Source: Eledone cirrhosa
Taxonomy: Eukaryota
Reading direction: 5' to 3'
DNA length: 64,000 nt
Assembly: GCA_964016885.1 (NCBI GenBank)
Contig: OZ024740.1
Span: 151,342,001 to 151,406,000 of the forward strand
Made by a program: the position numbers and the translations under genes. Within the stretch, counting starts at the first letter, position 1. Every line of letters starts with the position of its first letter. The notes under the pieces were generated by a model. That model saw nothing but the letters and a program-made list of their open reading frames with translations. It was not told the DNA's origin and searched no databases. Below are positions 1 to 13,758 of this stretch, piece by piece.

Positions 1-419
1 CGCAGCGGCCCAGAGCGTCCCGTATCTCAGTGCTGTGATCAGTCTTTCGCAGAACTCGGCGTCCATGCTCGAGAGACGCGGCAGGACGTCGAGGTATGAA
101 ACAAAGTCCATTGCCCCGTTCGGTGCACAGTCGTTCTGCTCAAACAGTCGTGAAAAGTGCCGCTGAAAGCCTCGCACATCTGCCTTGGGTCAAGTAGCAC
201 GCGGCCGTTTTGGGCTTTCAAAGACCGAATCGTGGACTTGTTGCCACTTTTCGCTTCCGCCACTCGGGCCCAGCTAACAGCTTTTGCTCCCTCGTTTCCT
301 AGAGCACGTGATTTACTTCTGAACACGCAGCCTTCGTGTTTCGGGTCGAAGAACTGGTCCAGTGCCGTTCTCGATCCTAGCACTCTAGCTGCGTTGCTAC
401 TCCTAAGCGCCTCTTCTAC

Positions 420-1364
420 TTAGGCTACTAGTTCTGTTTCTGATTTGTTTTTCTCTAAAGCTAATTCTCTGCTAAACCCTATCGATTCTACTCTAATTGC
501 TCTCTTGAGAGAGTACCACCATCTATTGTTGACGATGGCTCCCGTCAACTCTTGCTTGACTAATCTACTTATCCGTTCACTGTAGGCTTTTCGTGCCGGT
601 AACAAAACGTTCAGCTTCCAGTATCCGAGTCCTTGTGTATTTATTCTATCACGGTTGACTATGCAGACGAATAGTTCGTGATCTGAATAGGCAACAATGT
701 GCATTTGTGGACAGCTTAACGTCTTCTTGTCCTTTTCTCTAATGAAAAACCTATCTAGATACGATCTAGACGTCCCGCTGCGGTTTGCCCACGTCCACTG
801 TGGTGCAGTTGGGAAATCTAGTCGATATCCATCGGCTAGTTGGAATTGGCCGATTAGATTTTTGAGGCTATTGCACCCCGCTCTACTGGGACATGCTCCC
901 ACATAGTCCCATCGTGCATCGAGGATACCATTCCAGTCCCCCACTAAAAGCAAGGAGTGAGACGTTCCCAGAAAAGCCTCCAGACGCTTAAAGAAGTCTG
1001 GCCGCGATTGTGATTGCCTGGTCGGGGCATAAACGGCCACCTGTCTGAAAGCTCCACCTCCAATACTGTTCACGTCTAGGACTACAAGTCTACCCTCCGG
1101 GTCCAAGTGTACTTGCTGTACTTCGAGATCCAGGTTTTTCCGAAACATGACAGTCACTCCCCCTCCACCTCCCGGCTGACAGAGAGATGCGTAGATCTTA
1201 AAGTCATTGAAGATGGGGGTTAGTTTCTGCCTGTTGTGGATCCTGGACTCGGTGATGGCTGTTACATCTATACCGTGTGACCTAAGGTCATTTAAAAGTT
1301 GGCCCTGTTTCCAGAGCATCCCTAGCCCACGCACATTCACACTTCCAACTCGTAAGTCAGCCAT
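420..1364 (-). pseudogene. Tx1 ORF2 N-terminal APE endonuclease domain (premature stop at 420-422; reading continues toward 39)
   Basis: ORF track MADLRVGSVNVRGL...LVGDWNGILD...SRSYLDRFF...AYSDH...GYWKLN. Homologous to 40994.. and 46385.. Confidence 0.9.
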
Positions 1365-1510
1365 GTTGGTGGAGAAGAGTTGGCAAAAAGGACGAAAAGG
1401 TGCACTTATCTTTTCGTTTCCTGGAGATCGGGTTGTTCAATCTCCATTTCAGTTCTGGTGGGGGTGTTGAGTGGGGTGGGGAAACATTTCAACAGGACAT
1501 GGTTTATTGC

Positions 1511-2965
1511 TTATTGGCAGGGGTTGCCAACGTCCTGTGAAAACTTTTCTTTCAATGTCTGATAGCTCTCTATCGAAACCCTTATTAGTTTTAGGTGTGG
1601 TTGACAGTTTGCTTTTACAAAAGTTTTCCCCTCAGTTTCTACTTTGTGGTCTTGGAAGATGACCTCCGTGAGGTTTTTGTTGTTTGTGTTAATGTATGTG
1701 TATTGTTTTTGTTGTGTTGTTTTGGTTTGTTGCTCATTTTGTAGTTTTCTTTTTATTGTGGGCATTTGTGTTTGTGGTGGTGTTTGTGTTGTTATTTCTG
1801 TTGATGGTTGTGTGTTTGTGTTGGTGATTGTTGTTTTTGTGGCTTTGTGGTGTTTCTTTTTTTGTTTTTTTTTTATTTACGAGACTCTCCTTCATCTTCA
1901 CTTGGGGATGGAGAAGTAGCTTCGTCTGGTGATGAATTGTCATCAGGGGCGTGTGGGAGGGGTATGTGGTGTGGTGATGGTGTGTTTGTGTGTGTGTGAT
2001 TGTGGTAGTATCGGATGGAGTGGATGGGGTGGGACGGTGTTTTTCAGGGGAATTGTTTGTGTTTTTTCTGTTGTTTGTGGTTGAACAGTTGTTTGATTTT
2101 GTATGTTTGCTTGTTTTGTGTGTTTTGGAGTTGGTGTTGGTAAAAGTACTTTTTGGTGGGTGGTGGTGTTTGTTCGTAAGAGGGGACAGGAAGCCTTTAA
2201 ATGCGATGTGCTCGCGCATTTAAAACAATGTGGCCTCCCTCCATCTGCCGAAATGGGGATGTAATTGGTATTGTCTACTGGAACCCTTTCTGGTATCTTG
2301 GAAATTCTGTCCGGTTTCATTTGGACCAAAATTTCCAGGCTTTGCCGTCGTTCCAGGTGTTTCTTGTGGATTTTTGAATCGACAGTATTGTGTCTTCAAC
2401 TTCTTCCAAGAACCCTGCCAGAATCCACCAGATGTTAATGTTGGGTGGTATATTGGTGATGTTTATTGTTTGTGTTCTTTTTCCCATGTATGTAGGGGAA
2501 AAGCTGTATGTGGCAGAGGTGACCGGGGTCACTGAGTATTTTTTCGCAAGGGCCTCACTTTTGAAGAGCACCGAAATGCTTCCATATAGTTTAGCCCTTT
2601 GTATGTATTGTATTTCCGGCATTGCCTCTTTCAAGACGAGGCAATTTCGCCTTGAGTAAGGAAAGCCGTTTTCTTTGTTTGTTCAAAATCGTGCGAAAAA
2701 TCACAGTCCTTCGCATAGTGTCGGCTTTGATTTGTGGCGGAGAAGTTATTTTAAATCCCCCTTTTTCCTCGAAGGTAATATATTTTTTTCTTTCATTGAT
2801 CACTTCCTTCGCATTGGAAATATCAATATTTGTAAAAGTTCCTTTGCTTATTGTGGTAAAAGATTTTTTATGGTTGCTGTTGTTGTTGTTGTTATTGTCA
2901 TTGTTATCGTTGTTGTTGTTGTTTTTGTTGTTCTCAATTGCTTGATTTGTGGTTGAGGAGTTCAT
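1511..2965 (-). pseudogene. Tx1 ORF1 (gag-like, Zn knuckle), frameshifted
   Basis: Fragments 2591-2965, 2317-2634 and 1943-2329 match ORF1 at 44825-45811 (YGSISVLFKSEALA; P.YMGKRT; CCHC knuckle). Confidence 0.85.
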
Positions 2966-3355
2966 TTGTGAAGTTGTGTTTTTTTCTTGTTCTATATTTT
3001 TTGTGCCGTAAGTGTTTCCATACTTTTGTTTTGGTGTGATTTATCTCGGTCACTACTTGTTGCCATAGTGACATTCATTTCAACTCTCCCATTTCCACTT
3101 ATGGCGGGAAGCGCTTTAATCTTATCATTCATAGTTAAAACAATTTGTTATAAATTTTTATGAAAATTAAATTTTCGTCCCTGGTGGGGTGGGGGGGGGG
3201 GACATTTCAATGACCCACCCACTGACAATTTAGTCGGAGGGTCAATCTATACAGTGGTATATTTTTTAAAACAATAATTTTTGTTTTTTATATGTAAAAA
3301 GACAAAAAACTTACCAGCTCGACTGGTACACAACATCCTCTATCTCAGACACAGA

Positions 3356-3356
3356 A

Positions 3357-3419
<63 letters not shown>

Positions 3420-3420
3420 T

Positions 3421-3463
<43 letters not shown>
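3356..3463. repeat. (GATA)n microsatellite
   Basis: Direct reading. Confidence 0.98.
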
Positions 3464-3464
<1 letters not shown>

Positions 3465-3545
3465 ATTTCTTTATTAGCCACAAGGGCACAAAAGAAGGGG
3501 ACAAATACAAATGGGGAGTTTACATACAGGTATATGAAAATAAAG
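3464..3545 (-). mobile_element. Short 3'-terminal fragment of a Tx1 LINE with (TATC)n tail
   Basis: Minus strand tgtaaactcccc...tgtatttgtcccc...gcccttgtggctaataaa matches the 3' end of copy C at ~49976-50045. Confidence 0.75.
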
Positions 3546-4551
3546 ATAGATAGATAGAAAAGTTATAACGTCACGTCAACGCTCACTTCGCACTTAGGAA
3601 TCCACTGAAAATATACTCAATACAACAAAATAGATTGATATGATACATCGCAACTCTAAATTTTGCAATTCAGATCTAGCGGCAATATTGAAAATGGAAA
3701 ACAAAATATATTATGTTTATATACAAAACAAATATCCCTTGGTTATCAACAAAAGTTTTAGAGACGTTTGTAAACAATTGAAAGCATTTTGATAGGCTTG
3801 TTGCATTTAACTGTATTATACAAAACGACTCAACGTGTATCCGGGAGGCATTTTGAAATTATTTAACAAAAATTGAATTTATGGCGACGAAAAGGTGTTA
3901 ACTTAGAACCAGTTATAATGACGGAACTTGTATTGAATAATATGAAAATTATTTCTGAGTTACAGAGACTAAACAGATTATTAAATTATAGAGAATGTTT
4001 GGCATGCTCTAATGTATTCTAAATGATTTTAAAAGTTATATCATCTTTCACCCCAAACGTATTGAATTGCCTTTCAGGATTTAAAATTTCAGGTTATGTA
4101 GATTATATCTTAATTTAAAACGATATACTCCCCTGGAATTGAATTATTAGCTATGAATACTATCATGTAATAACCGATGGAATATGAAAAAAAAACACAA
4201 TTAGTGTAAATTTCATTATTCTGAATTAATACAATTTTACAAAAGAAACGGAATAGATATGAGTAGATGTTTGGGATTTTACAAGTAACATGTAAACCCG
4301 TGTCGACAATAATGGCAGCTATAGCATTAAACGTATTTGATTTTTATTTCTAATCTGGGATTGGTATTCTGTACAGAACAGGAGTACTGGGTGTATAAAC
4401 AGTCATACAAATTGGGAAAATTTGCATTTTAATAAATTAAATTTTGCATAAGAGAAACCCAATAGTTTGTGTTGATTACTGACATTAGGGCGTCATTAAA
4501 GATAAACATAATATTCTAATTTGAAGGGTGCGATTTCATAAATGTTTAGTA

Positions 4552-5436
4552 TACGAGGTGTGTCAGAAAAGAAGCAGATCTGAGATCGAAATATTTCAAA
4601 TCCAAACTACAAACAAGTTTTCCCTTAAAATAATCCCCCTCGAGTCTAATGCACTTTCCCATCCTCGTCTGCCACGCATCTATGCACTCGTAAAAGGATT
4701 TTTCCGGGATTCTTCGCAGCTCTATCGTCACAGCCCTCTTGATGGCTTCCAAGTCCGGAAAATGAGTCCCCTTGATGACCCCCGTGAGCTTGGGGAAAAA
4801 TTTCAAGACACTTGGTTCGGTTTCAAGACGCTCGAAGATGTCCTTAGACGCTTGCAAGTGTTGCTCCTCCTAGTCATCGTGTAGCAGCTTCGGTACCATA
4901 TTCGTGCAGATCTTCTGCATTCCCAAACTTTCGGTGATAATCTTCCAAACACTATAGCGTCTCATGCCCAGCTCACTGGCGATAGGTCGAACTGTCAGCC
5001 GAGGATCGCCATGCATCATCTGCTTCACGAGCCCAACGTTAGATTCAGTCCTACACGTTGAAGGCCTTCCGCTCCTGGAGTCGTCTTCCACATCTTCGCC
5101 TCCTATTTGAACCGTTTCTGCCACTTGAAAACCCTTGAGCGTGTCGTCGTCTCATCTCCGTACACTTGCTGTAGTATTCCGAGTGCGTCTGATAGACTTT
5201 CCCTCGCGCGATCAGAAACTTCAGGTTGGTTTGTTGCTCTCTGCCCATCGCTCGATGGCCTAAAATTGAGGACTTGTTAACAAAAGCACGTGGAAAAACA
5301 TAATGGCTGCAGAAATCTCAGATCACAGTTATATACTCCACGGATATTACGTCACACAGTGAGGCAACCCACTAATCCCCACCTCAGACATAGCTCACAC
5401 AACACCCCAAGTCCTGTTACTTTACTGACACACATA
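4552..5436 (-). mobile_element. Mariner-family DNA transposon, internally deleted and frameshifted
   Basis: Transposase remnants EDVEDDSRSGRPST..RLTVRPIASELG..KICTNMVPKLL and FFPKL..KGTHF..WQTRMGKCIRLEGDYF. Imperfect TIRs tacgaggtgtgtcagaaaag / tactttactgacacacata. The catalytic core is missing. Confidence 0.88.
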
Positions 5437-5650
5437 TGCACAAATATTATTCAGGGTTAAATGTCTGGAGGTTTAGAAACTAGGACCTTGTAATTGGAAA
5501 GCAAACGTTTTATTGTAGCAACATGAATAAGATAGGAAAAGCACTGTGTGTATATTTGTGTATGTAGTTACTGCTACATATAAGAAATGTTTCATATTGC
5601 ACTGTTTTGAAGAGCCCGAATGTAGGCGAATTTAAAAGTTATTATTAATA

Positions 5651-5825
5651 ATTGTTTCTACTTTAGGCACAAGTTTATTACTGGTACTTTACTTTATCGA
5701 CCACATAAGGATGGAAGACAAAGTTAACTTCGGCGGGATTTGAACCTAGATCATAAAGGGCCGTAACTCTCTGCTGAAAAGCATGGCGTCCGACCCTCTA
5801 CCGATACTGCCAATCCACCGCTCTT
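5651..5825 (-). mobile_element. tRNA-derived SINE copy
   Basis: Matches the family consensus ggcggtggattggcagtatcggtagagggtcgga...gttcaaatcccgccgag (B-box-like)...ttcatcctt.cggggtcgataaa...agaaacaat(ATT)n. Confidence 0.85.
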
Positions 5826-6763
5826 GTTACTATTAATAAGAATATGTTGTGGTATATATTTCGGTTATTTGTAGGTATGATTTCATATTCTGCATAACAA
5901 GGACTAATCTCTCCAAGAAATTAGTTATCTGAGAGGTTGGATCTTGTCTTGCCATACTGGTGTATGTTTTCTATATCGTAAGAGCGTATTATCAAGAAGT
6001 GCTATATCTTAAAATAAAAGGAAAGTGTGGAAATACTTGATAGTGAAACAAAAGCCACCATTCGTACGTATGTATGCGTCAATGTATGTATGCATGTATG
6101 CATATATGTATGTATATGTGTACTTCTGTATGTATATATATTTGTGTGAATATGTGCATCTATATGTAGATGTTCATATGTGCTTTCGGTGTAGTTACGT
6201 ATATATATATATATAAAGAGAGAGAGAGAGAGAAAGAGAGAGAAATGTATATATCTATGAGCATGTGTTTGTATACGTGTGTTTTGCTATGTATGTATAT
6301 ATGTAAGTGTGGGTTTATGTGTGTGTAAAAATGTAAGTGTATATACGTATATATATGTACGCATGGATGCATATATTCATAGCTAGACATGTGTGTATTT
6401 GTGTATTATGTTCAGAAGGCAACATTTCAGTTTAGCATTAAGGGGGCGATAAATCACTTGATATTATATAGCAGAGCGCCATAAACATTTCAGAATTAAT
6501 GTATTTATAAAATGTGTGCGGATGAGATGGATTGTTATAACGGTGTTTGGCTGATGGGAATGCACATCTAGCTTTTAATACAAAGACCTTCATTGAATAG
6601 AAGATACTTCTGGAAAGCAACAGCACACATACACAGAACACATTCCAAACATAATCCAACCATCGAAGGTGCCTTTATACAGTCGTCACCTGATCTTCTA
6701 GAAATAGCAACCAAAGCTCCTTCAAATCGAACGCTGATGCTTTAGATAATATGTGAGTATATA

Positions 6764-6778
6764 TGTGTGTGTGTGTGT

Positions 6779-6853
<75 letters not shown>

Positions 6854-6861
6854 TGTGTGTG
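6764..6861. repeat. (TG)n microsatellite
   Basis: Direct reading. Confidence 0.97.
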
Positions 6862-9264
6862 ATCCGACGGTCAGTATTCCAGTTTTTCGAAAAAGAAAAC
6901 TGCCTGCTCCTTAAGTTAACGTGTAGGTGGCTGAGTACATTATTATTGATGTCAAAGTGTCTACAACGAGGAAAAATATGGTATTGCAAGGTTTGAAATT
7001 GACCAGTGGTATAGAATTAGTCAATGAACACATGGTTATCGACTTTACCATTCGCAAGCTGTTCATTTTCTAATCCCCCAGTGCCTAGCCTGGTATTTTA
7101 TCAATGATCGTTTTGTTATTTTCTGACCCTGTACTTTACCTATGACCCGTGGTTGTAGGTTTGGCTCTATCTTTTAAAATAACCAGTTGGTTGCATTCTT
7201 TCAATAAGCACACGATTTTTGGCTAACCATACATTTTACCAAAGAATGGTTACAATCTAACTTCATACACTACGATTTTGACTACAATACTGCTATCTGA
7301 CCAGGCACACAACCATTGTCCACAGGATTTTCATGTAGACAAATAATCACAAACTTCAAAGTTATTAATTAACCAAACATTTTATCATTGAGCATAAAAT
7401 TGGTGTGACGAATTGGTATTTTTTCTTCTTTTTACCAATCAGTCAAACATTGCCAAAATTAATAGACTAAATTACTCAAAGTTACTAAATAGGATGGTAC
7501 TTCAACACTGTCTATTGTGATATTAACTAACCCGTGATTTTACTAATGATCTAAGAAGCCTGCAGCCAAATCTCTCACATATCACCTCCTACTATCTTAA
7601 ACAGGAGTTCCTGCTGGATAGGGTGGTTATATATACATTCTGTCTGGAAATAACGACCAAAGAAATAAACAACATGGACATCGCTGCCATAAATCAATCG
7701 TAGGTCTTCTCGACCAGAACTGACCTGTGGCTAAATTTAAAAAATGACTAAACTATAAAAGAAAATACTGACCACATAGTAAAACAATTTACTTGTGAGA
7801 TAAAACAACTGTTGAAATTTTGAAAAACTATTTAATAAAAGGCGAGCAGCCTGAAGATATTTGACAAAGAGGAGCGACGGAAGATTTTATCTCCACAGTA
7901 CCAACATCATAGCAATTCACTAGTGAACAATTTAATGTATTCCCTTCAGGCACACAGACTTCTATTCAATAGATGAAAGTGCGTTAGTGTATGTATATGT
8001 TTCAGTATGTATGAGAGCGTTTGGATGAGTATGTTTATGAGAGAGAGTGTGAGAGAGAATGAGAGAGTGGGAGAGAGAGAAAGATAAACGTCTAATATAT
8101 GTGTGAGAGAGGAGATGTATTTGAAGATACAAGAGTGTGTGGGTGGTGTAAGAGAAAAAGAAAACGTCTAGCATGTGTGGTGACTATGAGTTTGGACATG
8201 TGTGTGAGAGAGAATATACTTGTTTGTGTGTGTGTGTGAGTAAGAGAGGGAGAGTGAGATACGTGTTTGTGTGTGTGTATGTGTGTGTGAGTGTGTGTAT
8301 GTATGTGTGTGAGTGTGTCAATGTCTATATGTTTTTTCGAATATCCACAATCAGAAGTTACAATTATGTAATTTTACTATCTCTAAAAGACAGAAATATT
8401 ACTTAATATTTATTTATTCAGACACAAATGACATCACACATACATACAGGTATAAATTCATTTGTGTCTGTGTGTGCTTATTTGTGTGTGTGTGTATATA
8501 TATGTTTATGTGTGTGTATGCGTGTGTGTGTGAAACGATATTTGTTAAGACCAGTGAGACGATTATTTAACTTAGTACTCTATACTTGCGGAAGGTAGAG
8601 TATATAATATTGTAAGCACTTTTAGCCCTACAGGTAAGCTTTTACCGTTTCCATAGCTTATTCGCATTTGCTATCGAAGCGATAAAGGCTTAATTATAGG
8701 TAAAAAATCCGATCGTCACAACCTTAAAAATTCATAGTGAAAGGCCTTCAAATATTTTTTTTATGTTCTTCAATATACAATACGTACATTTATATGTATA
8801 TCGTATGTAGGACCACCAGTACAAATTATATATATATATATATATTCCTACATCTTTTAAGAATTTCAAATCTAACCTCACGCTTCGATACTTCATATAC
8901 GCAAATGTTCTTATATATAGTGGATTAGTTCTCAGAGGCTTTACATCAATGGCTAGAGCAGTCAGTCGGACTTTGAGAAGTATAAATATGGAGGTCGATT
9001 CTTCGCAGTGAAGTTTTTCGGTCCTAAAGGCGTACTTTATCCGATTTTTCTAAGCTTTTATTTATAGGAGTATATATATATATATCGACAGTCGATAGAC
9101 TTCCTCCAAATCGGACCGAGGAAACAATGTTTCCATTGGTCTTTCCAATTGCTAATACTCTCAACTCCAGGAAGAAGGAGCAAGGTGAAATAAATTGTCT
9201 TGCTCAAGGACATAACGCATCCAATTCTCTTACAACTTAGTCACGCGCCTTCATATATATATAT

Positions 9265-9320
9265 ATTTCTGGACTGTCCAGAAATAGCCATCGAAACGGC
9301 TTGAGCTCTGCCGTCGGAGT
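9265..9320 (+). ncRNA. 3' half of a type I hammerhead motif (truncated by (TA)n)
   Basis: Hairpin tttctggac-t-gtccagaaa, then GAAA-cggc-loop-gccg-TC. The CUGANGA half is absent. Confidence 0.45.
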
Positions 9321-9430
9321 TAAACATTTTCCTATTGTCCACTCTACCCTAAGTATTGAGTACTCTGGTGCGTTATGGTCCATCTGGTTCCTTACCACAC
9401 TTCCTTCGTTATATATATATATATATATAT

Positions 9431-10294
9431 ATAAATTAGCGAAAATCGTATTTCGGCTATTGGAAATTAGCGAAAAACAACTTCCGAGATGTGTGACAAG
9501 CGCTCAATAATTCTAACGAACCAGAGCTACAACATACGTTAAAAGGCCAAACACTCTGAGACGATGGTCAAACCATTATCCACACAGTCATAGAAACGAC
9601 CAAGTAATTCGGGTCAAACAAATAAAAAAAATATGATTGAACAATTTACCCGGACCCCTGGATGGTTGGTAAAAATCCAGCATTTGGGTTTCTGCGACTC
9701 CTAAATCAAGTACTGTCCGCTTAGACGAATAATGCTAAGCTTTTGGTAAGATGATTGAACAAGGAAGTCACTTTCTCAACAGGTTTTAGTTCAAGTGCCA
9801 GGCCAAGGATTGACCGTTACCAATACCCACGTGGGGCTCGGCAAGGGAGGCAACCCTTATTTTTGGCGGATGAATTCAGTATGTGTAATAATGCAAAATT
9901 GCAAAATATCACAAAACGAATTAAGTTCTCAACAGAATGGTTTTAAAGTTAACAAAAGCTATTCATCAGTCAATAGAATCAACTAAAAAAATGAAGAAAA
10001 TTAACTGGTCAATAGCTAGAGTCGGGAGATTAATACAAATATAAATTAGCGAGAATCGTATTTCGGTTATTGGAAATTAGCGAAAAACAACTTCTAAGAT
10101 GTGTGGCAAGCGCTCAATAGATTCTAACGAACCAGAGCTACAACATACGTTAAAAGGCCAAACACACTGAGACGATGGTTAAACCATTATCCGCACAGCG
10201 TAGAAACGACCAAGTAATTCGGGTCAAACAAATAAAAAAATATGATTGAAAAATTTACCCGGACCCCTGGATGGTTGGTAAAAATCCAGCATTT

Positions 10295-10299
<5 letters not shown>
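9431..10299. repeat. 1.4-copy direct tandem repeat, 610-bp period, flanked by (TA)n
   Basis: ataaattagcga.aatcgtatttcgg... starts at 9431 and 10041. The second copy ends at 10299. Confidence 0.9.
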
Positions 10300-10338
<39 letters not shown>

Positions 10339-10340
<2 letters not shown>

Positions 10341-11495
10341 TGTGGTATAGTTGTATACGGTACGACACATTGGTTGGACGCCAACTTGGACATACAGTGA
10401 ATTTCATCTGGCACGTTGGGTTGAGCGACCGAACCTGAGGACTTTGGGGACTGCCAGTTATTGCGGACCTGGCGTGTTTTCAATTTCCTCACATCTGTGC
10501 GGCTGTACATTTACCATACATTTCTTTAACTCGTCGTACTTTTCTTATCGTTTATTTTTTATTTTAGATTTTAGGTGTATATCCCAGACCGCCTATGGTG
10601 ATAAATCCCCTGGGTATAGGTTTTGGAAAAATAGTCTTATCTCACTTAACGTTCGGAACTGGAACATATCGATGTGGTTCGTAGGGTGCTGCTGCTATGA
10701 TAAGGAGAATCGACCTGTTACAAGGCGATATAATTGGAGTACACCATCCCTCATATGGACTATCATACATGTAAGGCTGCACCACTGATAACCAACTATT
10801 CTTCTCACAGACTCATGCTTGCAAACTCTATTAATCTCCCTGTATATCCCGTTTTTGCACTGCTTGTGCTTTGATGTATCTATGCTTTGCTTTGTTTTAT
10901 ATTTTGGGGGGTTTTCGGGCTTTTTGTTCCTTTATTGTTTTGTATTTTTATATTTATCTCTTTTGTTATCTCTGTATTTTTGTACTTTTTTATTATTTTT
11001 TTTATTGTTTCTGATCATGCTGAGTAATACCTTCACTCATCCCTTGCTACCCTCTCCCAACCTCTTTATCATCTATTGCACCATTTAAGTGATAAACTTT
11101 TGGTGTAATTTTTAATTTTAATTTTTAATTTTTGATTTAATTTTTTAAGACATTTTATGACATTATGTGCATCATGTAATCTGTCTTTTTCCATATAGCG
11201 CTGGCCTCGCCCCCCCCCCCCCCCGCTGGTCTTTTAACCTTGTTATGGTGACGCAGCTCGATGGAGCATGCAATGACATACTCTTGTTTATAGGCTCTGA
11301 TGATTTTGCCATGGGGTATGGATGAAACACAGTTAGCTAATAAAACAATGTATTTCTAAGCATCTTTGGTTATTCCTATAAATATAACGGCTCTGTAGTA
11401 TGCTAGTTATCCTACATTGAGCTAAAACCACACTGTCATACCAAGGGCAATATATCTGCGTGTCTGGGCATATTGATATATTTGTCAACGAAATA
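10339..11495 (+). mobile_element. Degenerate Penelope-like 3' remnant (linker fragment plus pLTR)
   Basis: Broken frames give VYPRPPMV..KNSLIS..GTYRCG, resembling a PLE linker. HHR and AATAAA at 11293-11344. (TA)n on both sides. Confidence 0.5.
11293..11338 (+). ncRNA. Type I hammerhead ribozyme motif (minimal)
   Basis: ggct CTGATGA [imperfect stem II] GAAA caca GTT agct, then aataaa. Confidence 0.65.
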
Positions 11496-11680
11496 TATAT
11501 ATATATATATATATGCATGTATGTATATATACTGTAGTACAAATTTGGCATAAATATAAATATCCAAGTATTTAGAACACTCAGTCCATAGGACGAGCTA
11601 AGTATTATTAGTTACAACAAGGAGATGTATAGCTACTTAAGTTTCGTTGGGTTATTCATCCCAAGTCATGACAGGATGTA

Positions 11681-11749
11681 TGATGACCACGTATCAATCT
11701 ATAATTACAACAGTGATTGTTGTAATCATAGATTGATACGTGGTCATCA
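11681..11749. repeat. Near-perfect palindrome (32-bp arms, 5-nt loop)
   Basis: tgatgaccacgtatcaatctataattacaaca-gtgat-tgttgtaatcatagattgatacgtggtcatca, one mismatch. Confidence 0.95.
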
Positions 11750-11979
11750 GTTCTATGTATGGTTTTACACAGTTTGAACAGCAAACCAACATTACCACTG
11801 ATTTATTGGGGGGAGGGGGGTCAAACTCGTGGGTATTTTAAAGGATAGGGAATGAGAAAATAAACAGCACAAGAACGCAAGATTGAACGGCATTGTAAAC
11901 AGAACTTGAAGTATGTGTGTGTGCGCACGTGTGTGTATGCATGAGTGTATGTGTGTATGCGTGTGTTTATCTGCGTGCG

Positions 11980-12010
<31 letters not shown>

Positions 12011-12436
12011 TACTACATATAGGGAAACGAGAGGAGTAGAGTTATCTATTTGTCAATTATGTTGTTTAGTTAATCGAATACATTGGATAGGTATGTGAGC
12101 ATTAAAGAGTGTAGAGTTTATATTGATAAGTATAAGAAACAAATCATTGAATAATTTACATTTCGTTATCATAGTACAAGATAGAGAATTTGTGTCGAGT
12201 TATTTTCTGGTTAACTACTAATGGACTGCGCCACATGAAACTTCTTTTGCAAAACATTTTTGATTCATCCAAATTCCCACAATATTTGCAAGACTTTACA
12301 AACTAACAGCTTTGCTTTAGTACTGTAAAGGTTCATAGTAATCTTTCTACAATTAAAGATAATATAAGCGTTTCAATAAACAAACCCATTTTTAGATATT
12401 TTCTAGTAAATCATTACACTATGTTAAGATTAAAAT

Positions 12437-12627
12437 AATTGTTTCTACTTAGGCACAAGGCCAGCAATTATACCAGTGCATTACTGGTACTTTATTTTAT
12501 CGACCTCGTAAGGAAGAAAGGCAAAGTTAACCTCGGCAGGATTTGAATTCAATCCGTAAAGGGTCGTCACTCCATGTTGCAAAGCATGATGTTCGACTCT
12601 CTACCGATACTGCTAATCCACCACCCT
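12437..12627 (-). mobile_element. tRNA-derived SINE copy
   Basis: Family consensus match. Confidence 0.85.
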
Positions 12628-12649
12628 ATTAAGATTAGAATAATAGTAT

Positions 12650-12864
12650 TTTATATAGGCACAAGGCCAGCAAATTTGGGGGGAGAGGAAAGTCGATTAA
12701 ATCGACACCAGTGCGTGACTGGTACTTTATTTTATCGACCCTCGTAAGGATGAAAGGCAAAGTTAACCTCAGCGGGATTTGAACTCAGATCATAAAGGGC
12801 CGTAACTCTATGCTGCAAAGCATTGCATCCGACTCTCTACCGATACTGCCAATCCACCGCCCTT
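12650..12864 (-). mobile_element. tRNA-derived SINE copy (long variant)
   Basis: Family consensus with an extra gtcgattaaatcgac segment. Confidence 0.85.
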
Positions 12865-13179
12865 GTTAAGGTTAAAATAATAACCATGTGTACATAATTA
12901 GCAGAATTAATTGCATTATATTGAATATTAATGTTTCTACTCCAATAAAAATGTCAATAATAATTTGTCCACTAGTAAAGATACTTCAAAAATTTGAATG
13001 AACATGTACTTTTCGATATGTTTTGCTAAATCATTATAGGATATTAAGAGTTAATTTATCCACACACGTTTCTGTCAGTTTCTGTGTTTTCAAGTATATT
13101 TGTGTACTTTTCTCTCACTATATATATATATGTATGAGCGTTACTTTTTGACCACGTGTAATACAGATGAAAACTTATA

Positions 13180-13611
<432 letters not shown>

Positions 13612-13758
13612 TATTTTCCGTTGTGTTGTAATATAAATATTACACACAGTAGATTATCAGCTCACGTAGAGTTTGCTCGACGGTTCCAGTTGTAGTTCAA
13701 AAAGTAATCCGGAGAAAAATAGAAAGATTTGAATGGATACAGTTTAGTTGAAAGGAAT

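Larger units (their letters stand above)
1..3352 (-). mobile_element. L1/Tx1-clade non-LTR retrotransposon copy A (5' part; runs off left edge), degenerate
   Basis: Fragmented ORF1 with CxxCxxxxHxxxxC knuckle (CFKCASTSHLKASC), followed by an APE endonuclease ORF2 (GSVNVRGL, GDWN, SYLDRF, YSDH). The 5' end abuts (GATA)n. Confidence 0.92.

Noticed and set aside
5601-5640. TTGAAGA-gcc..ggc-GAAT hammerhead-like relic
   Set aside because: Two core mismatches and weak stems; at most a decayed motif, so not listed as a feature.
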